NCBI GenBank assembly: GCA_963748015.1
Contig: CAVVHE010000004.1
Span: forward strand, 1,088,001-1,152,000
Length of the DNA: 64,000 nucleotides
Direction of reading: 5' to 3'
Source of the DNA: Terriglobia bacterium
GTDB lineage: Bacteria > Acidobacteriota > Polarisedimenticolia > Polarisedimenticolales > JAIQFR01
The position numbers and the translations under genes were made by a program. The number at the start of each line of letters is the position of its first letter. The stretch's first letter is position 1. Below the pieces are notes generated by a model. That model searched no databases. It saw only the letters and a list, made by a program, of their open reading frames with translations, and was not told the DNA's origin. This document shows, piece by piece, positions 1-9,932 of this stretch.

Positions 1-8
1 GCATCGCC

Positions 9-2588
9 TTGGGGGAGAACACTCCGAAGAAGGGCCGGCGGAGGCGCTGGCCCATCGTGCTGGTCGCCGCGCTCCTGGTGCCGGCGGCGGTCGGGGGGGC
101 CGTGCTCGGGCACGGCCTCAACTTCGACCTGCCCGACGTGAGCAAGCTCGAGGATTACACCCCGCCGCTGAGCACGAGGGTCCTCGCGAAGGACGGCACG
201 CCGCTGGCCAGCTTCGGCGAGCAGCGGCGCGTGCTCATCCCGTACAAGGACATCCCGAAGGTGTTCGAGCAGGCGCTGCTCGCGGTGGAGGACTCGAGCT
301 TCTACCGGCACAGCGGGGTCGACATCCGGGGGATCCTTCGCGCGGCCTGGTACGACGTGACCCACCTCACGCTCGAGCAGGGGGCGAGCACGCTGACGCA
401 GCAGCTCGCGCGCAATCTCTTCCCCGACGTCCTCAAGCCCGAGAAGACGGCCCACCGGAAGGTCCAGGAGATGCTGCTGGCGCTCGAGATCGAGCGGCGT
501 TACACGAAGCAGGAGATCCTCCGCCTCTACTGCAACCAGGTCTACATGGGCCAGGGACGGTACGGGATCGAGGCGGGCTCGCGCTATTTCTTCGGGAAGC
601 CGGCCAAGCAGATGACCCTCGCGGAGGCTGCGCTGCTCGCCGGACTGGTGCAGCGCCCCGAGGGCCTCGCCCCGCACCGCCATCCCGAGCGGGCGGTGAA
701 GCGCCGCAACCACGTGCTCGCCCGGATGGCGGAGGAGGGTTACATCCGCGAGGCCACGGCCCGGGCCGCGCAGAAGGAACCGCTCCGCCTGGCGCCGGCG
801 CGGGAGACCGCCGACATCGCTCCCTACTTCGTCGAGGAGGTGCGGCGGCTGCTCCAGGCCAAGTACGGCGACGAGAGCCTCTACCAGGCGGGACTCGAGG
901 TGCGCACCCCGATCGACCCGCGCCTCCAGAAGCTCGCCAACGCCGCCGTGGACCGCGGCCTGCGCGAGCTGGACAAGCGCCAGGGGTGGCGGGGCGTGAA
1001 GGCCCGCGTCCCGGGCGGAGAGTCGCCCGAGACGTGGTCGCCTCCCTCCTGGCGCGAAGGCGTCGAGCCGGGCGAGGTGGCCGACGCGGTGGTCACTTCG
1101 GTCTCGCAGGCGCGCGCGCAGGTGCGGGCCGGACCCTACCGGGGAACGCTCGGCCCCGACCAGATCGCGTGGACCGGACGGACCTACGCCTCGTCCCTCC
1201 TCAAGGCCGGCGACGTCGTCCGGGTCCGCATCGAGGCCGGCGAGCGCGGGGGCGATCCCACGTTCCTCCTCGAGCAGGACCCGCGCGTCGAGTCGGCGCT
1301 CATCGCCATCGAGCCCGCCACCGGCGCCATCCGCGCTCTCGTGGGCGGCTTCGACTTCCGGCGCAGCGAGTTCGACCGCGCGATCCAGGCCCGGCGGCAG
1401 TGCGGCTCGGCTTTCAAGCCCTTCGTCTACGCCGCGGCCCTCTCCCAGGGGATGACGCCGGCGCAGACGATATTCGACGAGCCGACGGTGTTCATCGACC
1501 CGGAGACGTTCGTCCCCTACCAGCCGGAGAACTACGGCGACAAGTACTACGGGACCCTGACCCTCCGCCACGCGCTGGAGAAGTCCGTCAACATCGCGAC
1601 CGTGAAGCTGCTCGGGCAGGTCGGCTTCACCCCGGTGATCGAGATGGCGCGCCGGCTCGGGATCACTACCGAGATGAAGGCGTATCCCTCCCTCGCGCTC
1701 GGCGCGTTCGAGGTGACCCTTCTCGAGCTGACCAGCGCGTACGGCGCGTTCGCGAACCAGGGGGTCCGCGTGGAGCCGCACCTGCTCGACGACGTGCGAT
1801 CGAGCCGCGGCGAGATCCTCGAGCGAACGAAGCCCGGCGTGCAGGACGCGGTGAGCCCGCAGATCGCCCACCTCATGAACCGTCTGCTCGAAGGGGTCGT
1901 GACCGACGGGACCGGCTCCGCGGCCGCGGAGCTCGGGCGGCCGCTCGCCGGGAAGACCGGGACCACGAACGACTTCACCGATGCCTGGTTCATCGGCTAC
2001 GCGCCGGACCTCGTCGTCGGCGTCTGGGTGGGGTTCGACGAGAAAAAGAGCCTCGGCGACCGCGTGACCGGTGCCCAGGCGGCCCTCCCGATCTGGAAGA
2101 CCTTCATGGAGGCGGCGTACGAGGGCCGCGCGCCGGAGGACTTCCCGGTACCCCCCGGCGTCACGATCGCCGCGATCGACACCTCGACCGGCCTCAAGGC
2201 GAGCGACGGCGCCGGTTGCGCCCCCGTGATCTCCGAGGCGTTCCTCGACGGCACCGAGCCGACCGCCTACTGCTCCGCCGCCGAGCACGAGCGACTGAAG
2301 CTGCCGTACCCCTTCCAGCGCTATTCCCTCGACGAGAGCGGCGCGCTCGCCGTCCCGGGCGGCGACCTCGAACGGCTTCTCTCGAGCGAGCGCACGGTGC
2401 GCGTCGCCGCCGGCGGGCGGCGGCTCGAAGCCGACACTCCGGAAGGAAGGGTCTCGCTCCCGCTCCACCGCCTCCCCGGCGGCGGCGATCCCGATGCACT
2501 CCCCTCGGAGGCCGTCGGGCGGGTGGATCCCTCCGGCTGGTTCGGCAAGGACGGACGCCACGCTCACGCAGTCATGATCCGTCGGTAG
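9..2588 (+). CDS. mrcA: Penicillin-binding protein 1A (transglycosylase/transpeptidase)
   Basis: N-terminal TM helix; TG motifs EDSSF, GASTLTQQLARN, RKVQE; TP motifs SAFK, SVN, KTGT. Confidence 0.93.
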   Translation: MGENTPKKGRRRRWPIVLVAALLVPAAVGGAVLGHGLNFDLPDVSKLEDYTPPLSTRVLAKDGTPLASFGEQRRVLIPYKDIPKVFEQALLAVEDSSFYRHSGVDIRGILRAAWYDVTHLTLEQGASTLTQQLARNLFPDVLKPEKTAHRKVQEMLLALEIERRYTKQEILRLYCNQVYMGQGRYGIEAGSRYFFGKPAKQMTLAEAALLAGLVQRPEGLAPHRHPERAVKRRNHVLARMAEEGYIREATARAAQKEPLRLAPARETADIAPYFVEEVRRLLQAKYGDESLYQAGLEVRTPIDPRLQKLANAAVDRGLRELDKRQGWRGVKARVPGGESPETWSPPSWREGVEPGEVADAVVTSVSQARAQVRAGPYRGTLGPDQIAWTGRTYASSLLKAGDVVRVRIEAGERGGDPTFLLEQDPRVESALIAIEPATGAIRALVGGFDFRRSEFDRAIQARRQCGSAFKPFVYAAALSQGMTPAQTIFDEPTVFIDPETFVPYQPENYGDKYYGTLTLRHALEKSVNIATVKLLGQVGFTPVIEMARRLGITTEMKAYPSLALGAFEVTLLELTSAYGAFANQGVRVEPHLLDDVRSSRGEILERTKPGVQDAVSPQIAHLMNRLLEGVVTDGTGSAAAELGRPLAGKTGTTNDFTDAWFIGYAPDLVVGVWVGFDEKKSLGDRVTGAQAALPIWKTFMEAAYEGRAPEDFPVPPGVTIAAIDTSTGLKASDGAGCAPVISEAFLDGTEPTAYCSAAEHERLKLPYPFQRYSLDESGALAVPGGDLERLLSSERTVRVAAGGRRLEADTPEGRVSLPLHRLPGGGDPDALPSEAVGRVDPSGWFGKDGRHAHAVMIRR

Positions 2589-2648
2589 GAGCCCGCCACC
2601 ACCACGGGAGGAGCGCGACCGGGCGCCCTCGGCGGCCCGGAAAGGGCG

Positions 2649-3473
2649 CTACGGACGAATGCGCTCGCGCCCCTCGAGGTTCCAGGCGTCGGTGGAGTAC
2701 TTCGCGGCGCGGAGAAGCGCAGCGCGCTCGAATTCGGCCGGCGTGAGGGCTCCGGGAAGCACGGGACCGCCGAGGACCGTCTCGAAGGCCGCGACGATCG
2801 CCGCGTCGAGCGCCGCGACGTCCGGAGCGCGCCCGAGGGTTCTCTCGAGATCCACGAAGCGGGATCCGTCCGCCGGGGCGCCGATCGCCCGCGACAGCCG
2901 CGAAGGATCGGCGCGAAGCAGGATGGAGCCGTGCTGCAGGAAGGCCCCGTGCCGCCGGAGCTGGGCGGACCCCACGAGCTTCCTCCCGCCGGCCGTGATC
3001 TCGTGCGCCCCCGCGAGATCGAAGCAGACGGGCGGACCGAGCGGTCCGGGATCCCTTGCGGCGCCTCGCGACGGCGAGGCTCCCTCGGCCTCCACGCCGA
3101 GAAGCCGCAGCGCCTCGACGAGCGCCGCGGCGACTCGCCGGTACGTGTCGAGCACCCCCCCCTCGAAGGGGGGCTCGCGGAGGCTCCCGATCACCGCGTA
3201 GGTCCGCTCGTGCTCGTGGAGCACCGCGCGCCCGCCGGTCGGACGGCGTACCAGGTGGATTCCCTCCGCGCGGAGAAACGCCGCGTCGTGGGCGCCGGCC
3301 GCGGCCTGTCTCCGTCCCAGGGAGAGGGCGGGAGGACTCCACGAGTAGAGTCTCAGGGTCGGCGCGGCGGGGCGGGAGGACACGACGTACGACTCGAGCA
3401 AGGCCTCGTCCACGGCCATGTTCGAGGCGCCGTCGGCCGGACCGTCGGCGAGGAGCCGGAAACCGGATGGCAC
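2649..3473 (-). CDS. Lipoate-protein ligase / octanoyltransferase (LipM/LplA family)
   Basis: NMAVDEALL, RRPTGGRAVLH, KLVGSAQ, LQHGSI motifs. Confidence 0.88.
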   Translation of the reverse strand: MPSGFRLLADGPADGASNMAVDEALLESYVVSSRPAAPTLRLYSWSPPALSLGRRQAAAGAHDAAFLRAEGIHLVRRPTGGRAVLHEHERTYAVIGSLREPPFEGGVLDTYRRVAAALVEALRLLGVEAEGASPSRGAARDPGPLGPPVCFDLAGAHEITAGGRKLVGSAQLRRHGAFLQHGSILLRADPSRLSRAIGAPADGSRFVDLERTLGRAPDVAALDAAIVAAFETVLGGPVLPGALTPAEFERAALLRAAKYSTDAWNLEGRERIRP

Positions 3474-3483
3474 TTCGTCGCCG

Positions 3484-4818
3484 TCAGTCGAGGGTCCGCT
3501 CGCCGTGCCCGCTGCGGAAAGACGACGAGCGCAGGTCGTACTTCCGGAGCAGCCGCTGCAAGGCCGAGCGCAGCATGCCCGCGTGATGCGCGGCCGCCGT
3601 GACGTTTCCGTGGTATCTCTCGAGGAGATCCCCGAGATAACGCTTCTCGAACTCCTCGACGACGCGCCGCTTGGCCTCGCGGAACCGGGCGGCGTCGAGC
3701 GGCCCCGGGCCCGAGCGGAGAGCCTCGGGGAGGTCTCCGAGACCGATCGTACCGCCCGCGGCGAGGATCATCCCGTGCTCGATCGCGGTCCGCAGCTCGC
3801 GGACGTTGCCCGGCCAGGCGCTCCCCGCGAGCGCATCGAGCGCTTCCGGCGCGATGTGGGTCGGAGGGAGGTCGTTGATGGCGCGGATCTCCTCCACGAA
3901 ATGGCTCGCGAGCGCCGCCACGTCCTCCGGCCTCGCCCGAAGCGGCGGAATCTCCACCACCGCATCGCCCAGCGCGCGCGCGAGGTCCGCTCGGAAACGC
4001 CCCTCCTCCACGAGCCGCGCGAGATCGTTCCGGGTGGCCGAGAGGGTCCGGCCTCCGCCGCCGATCGCGGCGGCGACGGCGCCCTGCAACGAAAGGGGCA
4101 ACGCGTCGACGTCCGCGAGGAGCAAGGTGCCGCCCCGCGCCAATTCGATCGCTCCCGCCGGGGTGAGGCCCCGGCCGAAGAGCTCCTCCTCCAGCGCCTC
4201 CGCGGACGCCACCGCGCAGTCGACCTGCACGAACGGCTGCCCGCGGCGGGGCGAGAGCTCGTGCAGCACCCTGGCCGCAAGCCGCTTGCCCGTGCCGGGC
4301 TCCCCGAAGAACACGACGGGCCGGTCGCCCGGAGCGAGGATCTCGATTCGCTCGCGCAGCCGCTCCATCGCCTCGCTCGGTCCCACGATCCTTCCGCATC
4401 CTTCGCGGACCCGCACACTGCCCCGCGGCGCGCGCCGCTCCTCGAGGAGATCGTGTTGCGCGAGGGCCCTCTCCACGGCGAGCCGCAGGCGAGCGAGATC
4501 CTCGGGTCCCGGGGCGACGACGAACGCGCCGGCCCGAACGGCGTCGGCTTCCCCGGAAAACGAATGCCGATCGAGGAGCGCGACGATCACGATCGATGGC
4601 CTGAGCCGCGTCGCGCGATCGAGGAACTCGCCGCCGGAGTGGGACCACGGTGGCGAGGACGCGAGAACGACGCGGACCGGGTGCTGCTCGATCGTCCGGA
4701 GGGCCTCCTCTTCGGTCGCGGCGGTCAGGACCTCGCAGGTCGTTGTCGCGAGCGCGCTCCGGAGCCGCTCACACTTCCCCGCGTCGCCGTCCAGCACCAG
4801 GACGAGCGGGTGCTCCAT
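3484..4818 (-). CDS. NtrC-like regulator (receiver-AAA+-Fis HTH), degenerate
   Basis: Walker A GEPGTGK, WPGNVREL and C-terminal HTH present; GAFTGA loop and phospho-acceptor Asp missing. Confidence 0.85.
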   Translation of the reverse strand: MEHPLVLVLDGDAGKCERLRSALATTTCEVLTAATEEEALRTIEQHPVRVVLASSPPWSHSGGEFLDRATRLRPSIVIVALLDRHSFSGEADAVRAGAFVVAPGPEDLARLRLAVERALAQHDLLEERRAPRGSVRVREGCGRIVGPSEAMERLRERIEILAPGDRPVVFFGEPGTGKRLAARVLHELSPRRGQPFVQVDCAVASAEALEEELFGRGLTPAGAIELARGGTLLLADVDALPLSLQGAVAAAIGGGGRTLSATRNDLARLVEEGRFRADLARALGDAVVEIPPLRARPEDVAALASHFVEEIRAINDLPPTHIAPEALDALAGSAWPGNVRELRTAIEHGMILAAGGTIGLGDLPEALRSGPGPLDAARFREAKRRVVEEFEKRYLGDLLERYHGNVTAAAHHAGMLRSALQRLLRKYDLRSSSFRSGHGERTLD

Positions 4819-4970
4819 GGCCTCTCCCTCCCGTTCTCGATCCGTCCGCCGGCCGGGCCCTCCGTACGCACCGCCACCCGGCCGGTACCGCAGGTACTCT
4901 GCCTAAGAGTATACCGGGCGCGCGGGACAAGAGTGGAGGAAATTTGCGGAATCGAGGCAGGTAAGGGAAG

Positions 4971-7695
4971 TCAGCGGGTCCGGCTCTCGATCTCCTCGAT
5001 CCTCTGGCCGACCTCCCGGTAGGACGGGTCGTCGCGGTGGATGGCGCGGAAAAGGTCGAGAGCAGCGTCGGTTTCCCCGCATTGCTCGAGCACCTCCGCG
5101 AGGTCGAAACGGAGGCCCCGGATCGCCTCGTCATCCCCGCCGGGTGCGTCGAGAGCCTGGCGGTACCATCCCGCGGCCTCCTGGATCTCCCCCTTCTCGC
5201 GGTAGCACAGCGCGATCATGCTGCAGGCGTCGCGGAAGAGGTCGGGAGAGCCGGTGGCGATGCGGAACTCGGAGACCGCGTCGTCGAGGATCCCCATTTC
5301 CTTGTAGGCGATGCCCAGATCGTAATGGGTCCGGTGGTCGTCGCGGCCGATCTCCTCCTCCACGTGACGCTTGAAGAGCTGGAAGACATCCTCGACGCTT
5401 TGCTCGTCGAAGGCCGCGGGCGCCGGGGCCGGTTCCTCGGGCGACGTCGCGTCCGCGCCCAGTGCCGCCGTGATGGACTCGAGAGCCTCGTCGTCGAGCG
5501 TCAAGTCGGACCGGCTCGAGTCGCCTTCCGCGCCTTCGAGCACCGCGTCGTCGACCGTCTCGACGACCAGCTCCTCCGAGGCCGCCGGGGCCTGGGCGCC
5601 CTCCGCGCGCGCCTCGAGCGCGGCGAGCCGCTCGCCGCCTCGTCCGAGCGAGCGCTGCGACGCGATCAGCTTCCGCGCGTCCCGCACCATTCCCTGGTCG
5701 AGGTAGAACGAGATCTCCTCGAGGTCGTCGTCGGGCGGCTCGGGCGGCAGTGCCGCCGCGCTCGGCGCAGCCACCGCGGCCTCGACCGGCGCCTCCGCTA
5801 CCTCGTCGTCGATCACGATCTCGACGTCGTACGAAGCGGGCGGCGCCTCGACACGGCTCGGCGCAGGCGCCTCGACACGGCTCGGCGCAGGCGCCTCGAC
5901 ACGGCTCGGCGCGGGCGCCTCGGCTCGGCTCGGCGCAGGCGCCTCGACACGGCTCGGCGCAGGCGCCTCGACACGGCTCGGCGCGGGCGGCTGCGGCGGA
6001 GGGCTTGGGCGCAGGCGCCTCGGCTCGGCTCGGCGCAGGCGCCTCGACACGGCTCGGCGCAGGCGCCTGCTCGTCGGTTTCCAGCTCGGGTCGCAACAGG
6101 GCGAGGCGCTCGAGCAGCGTCCTCGTCTCGGGGTCCAGGCGCGCGGTGAGCGCGGCCTGCTCGGCAGCCTGCGCCGCCTTGTCGAGCTGCCCGGACGCGC
6201 GATGGGCGAGGGCGAGCCCCACGAGGGCATCGCGAAGCCCGGCACGGTCGCCGCGGTCCCGGAGAATGTCGGCCAACCGTTCCTGCGCGCTCGAAAGCCC
6301 GGGGAACTTCCTCGTGATCTCGCGCAGTTGGTCAACCGCCTGGTCCATCAGGCCGTACTTCTCGAAGATCTCGGCCTGCGTGACCCGGCCGGTGACGAAT
6401 TCTTCGTCCGCGGGCCCGAGCGGCACCGCGGGGGTCTCGACGCCTGAAGGGAGCGGCGGCAGACCTTCTCCCGCCTCCTCCCCGGTCTCCTCGGTCGCGG
6501 CCGCCGCGGGGGCCTTGACCGCGACGGACGGCTCGGGCTTCGCTTCGTCGCGACCCCGAGCCTGGGCCCGCGCGGCCGGAGCGAGCTCCTTCAGGCGCTC
6601 CTCGACCGCCGCGGCCTCCTCGTTCATGGAGCGCGCGCGATAGGCCTTCGCAAGCTCCTCGAGGGCCCTCGCCATGCCGGCGCCGTCGGCCTGTTTCCTC
6701 CGCAGCTCGTGGAGCCGCTTGAGCGCCGGCAGGTGGCCGTTGGGCTCGACCCGCGCCAGCCTATCGAGGAGGTGCGCCAGCCGGTCGAGCGCGCCCTCGC
6801 GCGTCCAGCGGGTGACCAGGGATTCGAGCGCCACCCAGGCCGCCTCGGTCCCTCCGCGCTCGACCCGCGAACGCAGCACCCGCTCGAAAGCGTCCTCGGG
6901 CATCGCCTCCGCGAACGGCCCGGTGAGCACGCGCAGCGCTTCCTCGTAGCGCCCCGACTGCTCCTCGATGGAGACGAGGAGGACGGCGAGGCTCCCGTCC
7001 GGCCGGGACTGCAGTGCCCGCTCCAGCGCGGCGACGGCTTCGGGCGCCTTCCCCTCGGAAGCGAGACAGCGCGCGAGCCCGCCCACCGCCTCGGACCGCC
7101 CCGGCATCAGCTCCAGAACGCGACGGTAGATCCTCTCCGCCTCCGCAATCCGGCCACCGTCCCGCGCGGTGTCCGCCACCGCCAGGAGCGTCGTCGCGGC
7201 GCCGGCCGGGTCCCCGGCGGCGGACATCGTCTCCGCGAGACGGAGACGGTGGAGCGGATCAGAGGGGTCCGCCTCGAGGAGCTTCCCGTAGGCTTCCTGC
7301 GCCTCGCGGAACGCGCGCGCAGCCACGAAGCGGTCGGCGGCCCGAAGCAGGTAGCCGCGCGCCTCGCCCGGAAGCTTCTGCCTGAGGTAGAGGTCGCCGA
7401 CCCGCATCAGCGTTTCGGGCCGGTCCGGCTGCGTCCTCAGGACCTTCTTGAGGATCGCGATCGCCTTCAGGAAGAAGCCGCTTCGAGCGTACTCCGTGGC
7501 GATCTTGTCGTAGTAGGCGCAGGCCTCCCCGTCCCGGCCCATCCGGCTCAGCAGGTCGCCTATCAGGTTGAGGAGGGGGAGATCCCGCGGAGACCCTTCC
7601 GCGAGGCGCTGATACTCCTCGAGCGCGGGCTGGAGCCGCCCCTGCTGGAGCAGCCGCTCGGCGTTCCTGCGAGTCTTGTCGAGGTCGGGCGCCAT
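4971..7695 (-). CDS. Large TPR protein (~907 aa) split by a 1-nt frameshift near 6001-6003
   Basis: TPR N-terminal part in ORF 5131..7695; acidic linker and TPR C-terminus (THYDLGIAYKEMG) in ORF 4971..6335; the same APAPSRVE repeat occurs in both frames. Confidence 0.8.
5842..6061. repeat. 24-bp coding tandem repeat (GGCGCCTCGACACGGCTCGGCGCA), 6+2 copies, encoding APAPSR(V/A)E
   Basis: Six copies at 5842-5985, a 28-bp interruption at 5986-6013, two copies at 6014-6061. Confidence 0.95.
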
Positions 7696-7717
7696 GGTCC
7701 TCGCGCTACCTTCGGGT

Positions 7718-8071
7718 TCAGCGGGTCCGCTTCTCCTGGATCCGCGCCTTCTTGCCGGCCCGGCTCCGCAGGTAGGTCAGCTTCGCCCGGCGGACCTTCC
7801 CCTGCCGGACGCGCTCGATCTTCTCCACGATCGGCGAGTGAAGGGGGAAGATCCTCTCGACCCCCACGCCGCCCGATATCTTCCGGACGGTGAACGTCGC
7901 GCGGGCGCTACCGGTGCCGCCTCGCCGCGAGATCACGTCCCCTTCGAAGACCTGGATCCTCGATTTGTCCCCCTCGACCACCCGCACGTGGACCTTGACC
8001 CGGTCCCCCGGCCGGAACTCGGGAACGTCCTTCTTCAGCCCTTCCGCCTCGACACTGCGCAACACGTCCAT
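7718..8071 (-). CDS. rplS: 50S ribosomal protein L19
   Basis: [51 protein letters not shown] before ATG 8071. Confidence 0.97.
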   Translation of the reverse strand: MDVLRSVEAEGLKKDVPEFRPGDRVKVHVRVVEGDKSRIQVFEGDVISRRGGTGSARATFTVRKISGGVGVERIFPLHSPIVEKIERVRQGKVRRAKLTYLRSRAGKKARIQEKRTR

Positions 8072-8079
8072 GACCATCC

Positions 8080-8796
8080 TCACTCGCGCCCCCCGGGCGC
8101 CGTGCCTTCCGGAATCTCCTCGATCAGGTCGGGCCGCTTCGTCCTCGTCGCCTCCGCCGCCCTCGCCGCGCGCCAGCGCGTGACCGCGGCGTGGTCGCCC
8201 GAGAGCAAGACCTCGGGCACCCCCAGACCGCGGAACCGCTCCGGCCGCGTGTAGTGCGGGAAGTCGAGGACGCCTTCCGAGAACGAATCCCTCTCGGCGG
8301 CCTCGGCCCGGCCCAGCACGCCCTCGACGAATCGCGAAACCGCGTCCACCACCACGAGTGCCGCGAGCTCGCCGCCCGTGAGGACCACGTCGCCGATGCT
8401 CACCTCTTCGTCCGCGAGCGCTTCCCGAACCCTCTCGTCCACTCCTTCGTAACGTCCGCAAAGCAGGATCAGTCTATCGAACTTCGCGAGGCGCTTGGCC
8501 ACGTCGTGCCCGAGGCGCGTCCCCTGCGGCGAGAGCAGGATCACCCGCTCGCTCGGCGCCGGGTATCGCTCGCGAATCCACTCCACCGCCGCGAAGATCG
8601 GCTCCGGTCTCAGGACCATGCCGCCTCCGCCGCCGTACGTCGCGTCATCCACCTGGCGATGACGTCCTATTCCCCACCGGCGCAGGTCGTGCAGCCGCAC
8701 GCCGACGCGCCCTTCCTTCCGCGCCCGTGCCAGCATGCCGTGCGCGAGCGGCCCGGCGAACATCCCGGGGAAAACGGTCACCACGTCGAAGGTCAC
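8080..8796 (-). CDS. trmD: tRNA (guanine-N1)-methyltransferase
   Basis: [39 protein letters not shown]. Confidence 0.97.
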   Translation of the reverse strand: MTFDVVTVFPGMFAGPLAHGMLARARKEGRVGVRLHDLRRWGIGRHRQVDDATYGGGGGMVLRPEPIFAAVEWIRERYPAPSERVILLSPQGTRLGHDVAKRLAKFDRLILLCGRYEGVDERVREALADEEVSIGDVVLTGGELAALVVVDAVSRFVEGVLGRAEAAERDSFSEGVLDFPHYTRPERFRGLGVPEVLLSGDHAAVTRWRAARAAEATRTKRPDLIEEIPEGTAPGGRE

Positions 8797-9350
8797 CGCC
8801 GCTCCCCCCGGCCGGGCTCCTCGGGCTTCAACCCCTCCGGCAACCGAACCACGATCGGTCCGGCCGGCTCCCGTATCTCCACCACGATGCTCCCGGCCAG
8901 GGGCACCAGGAGCTCTTCTCCGCCGAGCTCGCGAACCACCAGGAGGTCGACCCCGCCGGTGGCCATCACGTCCTCGACCCTGCCCAGCGATCTCCCGCCG
9001 TCGTCCACGACGTCGAGCCCGACGAGGCGCTCGACCCAGTAGACCCCCTGCGGCAGCGCGGGAACCTGATCCGCGGGAGCGAGGACCCAGAGTCCCTTCA
9101 GAGCCTCGGCACGCGTCGGATCATCCACCCCCGCCAGTTTCAGCACGAGGCGGTCGCGGTACGCCCGGCTCCGCTCCACCCCGAAACGTCTCGGCTCGTC
9201 GCCGGGATCCCCATCCCCTTCGGGACGGCCGACCAGCACCTCCGTCAGCCCCGTCCACCTGCCGGCCTCCCCCGAGGCCACCTTGACCGTGAACTCCCCC
9301 GCCAGGCCGCGAAAGCCAGCGATTCTCCCCACGGGAAGGGGCCGGCCCAC
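8793..9350 (-). CDS. rimM: 16S rRNA processing protein RimM
   Basis: VGRIAGFRGLAGE N-terminus, PRC-barrel C-terminus, position between khpA and trmD. Confidence 0.92.
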   Translation of the reverse strand: MGRPLPVGRIAGFRGLAGEFTVKVASGEAGRWTGLTEVLVGRPEGDGDPGDEPRRFGVERSRAYRDRLVLKLAGVDDPTRAEALKGLWVLAPADQVPALPQGVYWVERLVGLDVVDDGGRSLGRVEDVMATGGVDLLVVRELGGEELLVPLAGSIVVEIREPAGPIVVRLPEGLKPEEPGRGERR

Positions 9351-9353
9351 GGA

Positions 9354-9584
9354 CTACTCGAGGATCTCGAGGGCGACCCTCTTCCGATGCTTCATTCCTG
9401 CCGCCGCGAGTATCGTTCGGATGGAGCGCGCGGTCCTCCCCTGCTTTCCGATGACCTTTCCGAGGTCTTCCTGGGCCACCCTCAGCTCCAGGACCGTCGT
9501 CTGCTCCTCTTCGATCTCCGCGACCGCCACTTCGTCCGGCCGGTCCACCAGCGCTTTCGCGATCAGTTCCAGCAGCTCCCTCAT
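9354..9584 (-). CDS. khpA: KH-domain RNA-binding protein
   Basis: [17 protein letters not shown]; follows rpsP. Confidence 0.93.
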   Translation of the reverse strand: MRELLELIAKALVDRPDEVAVAEIEEEQTTVLELRVAQEDLGKVIGKQGRTARSIRTILAAAGMKHRKRVALEILE

Positions 9585-9640
9585 GGGCGATCCCTCTGCC
9601 GAACGGGCGCCGCGGGGGCGGCCCCGCGGTCAGCGGCGAC

Positions 9641-9886
9641 TCACGCCTGGGGGGTCCGGGCTCGCTCGATGATGCTCTTCACCGTCTCGGAGGGATGAGC
9701 TCCCTTCCGGATCCACTCCTCGGCCCGCGCCAGGTCCAGCTTGACGGTGGGGGGGTTCGTGGAGGGATCGTAGCTCCCCAGGGTGTCCACGGAACGGCTC
9801 ACGGGGACCTGCCGGGAGTCGGAGACGACCACCCTGTAGTGGGGCTCCTGTCTCGCTCCGGCCCTCCGCAGTCGGATCTTCAGCAC
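9641..9886 (-). CDS. rpsP: 30S ribosomal protein S16
   Basis: MLKIRLRRAG, PHYRVVVSDSR, GAHPSETV. Confidence 0.96.
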   Translation of the reverse strand: MLKIRLRRAGARQEPHYRVVVSDSRQVPVSRSVDTLGSYDPSTNPPTVKLDLARAEEWIRKGAHPSETVKSIIERARTPQA

Positions 9887-9932
9887 GTCGTCATCCTCCA
9901 GGCGCCTCGGCGCTCGAAACCATCAATATAGC

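Noticed and set aside
5842..6061. Repeat array as CRISPR
   Set aside because: Head-to-tail 24-mers with no unique spacers, in-frame coding, no cas genes
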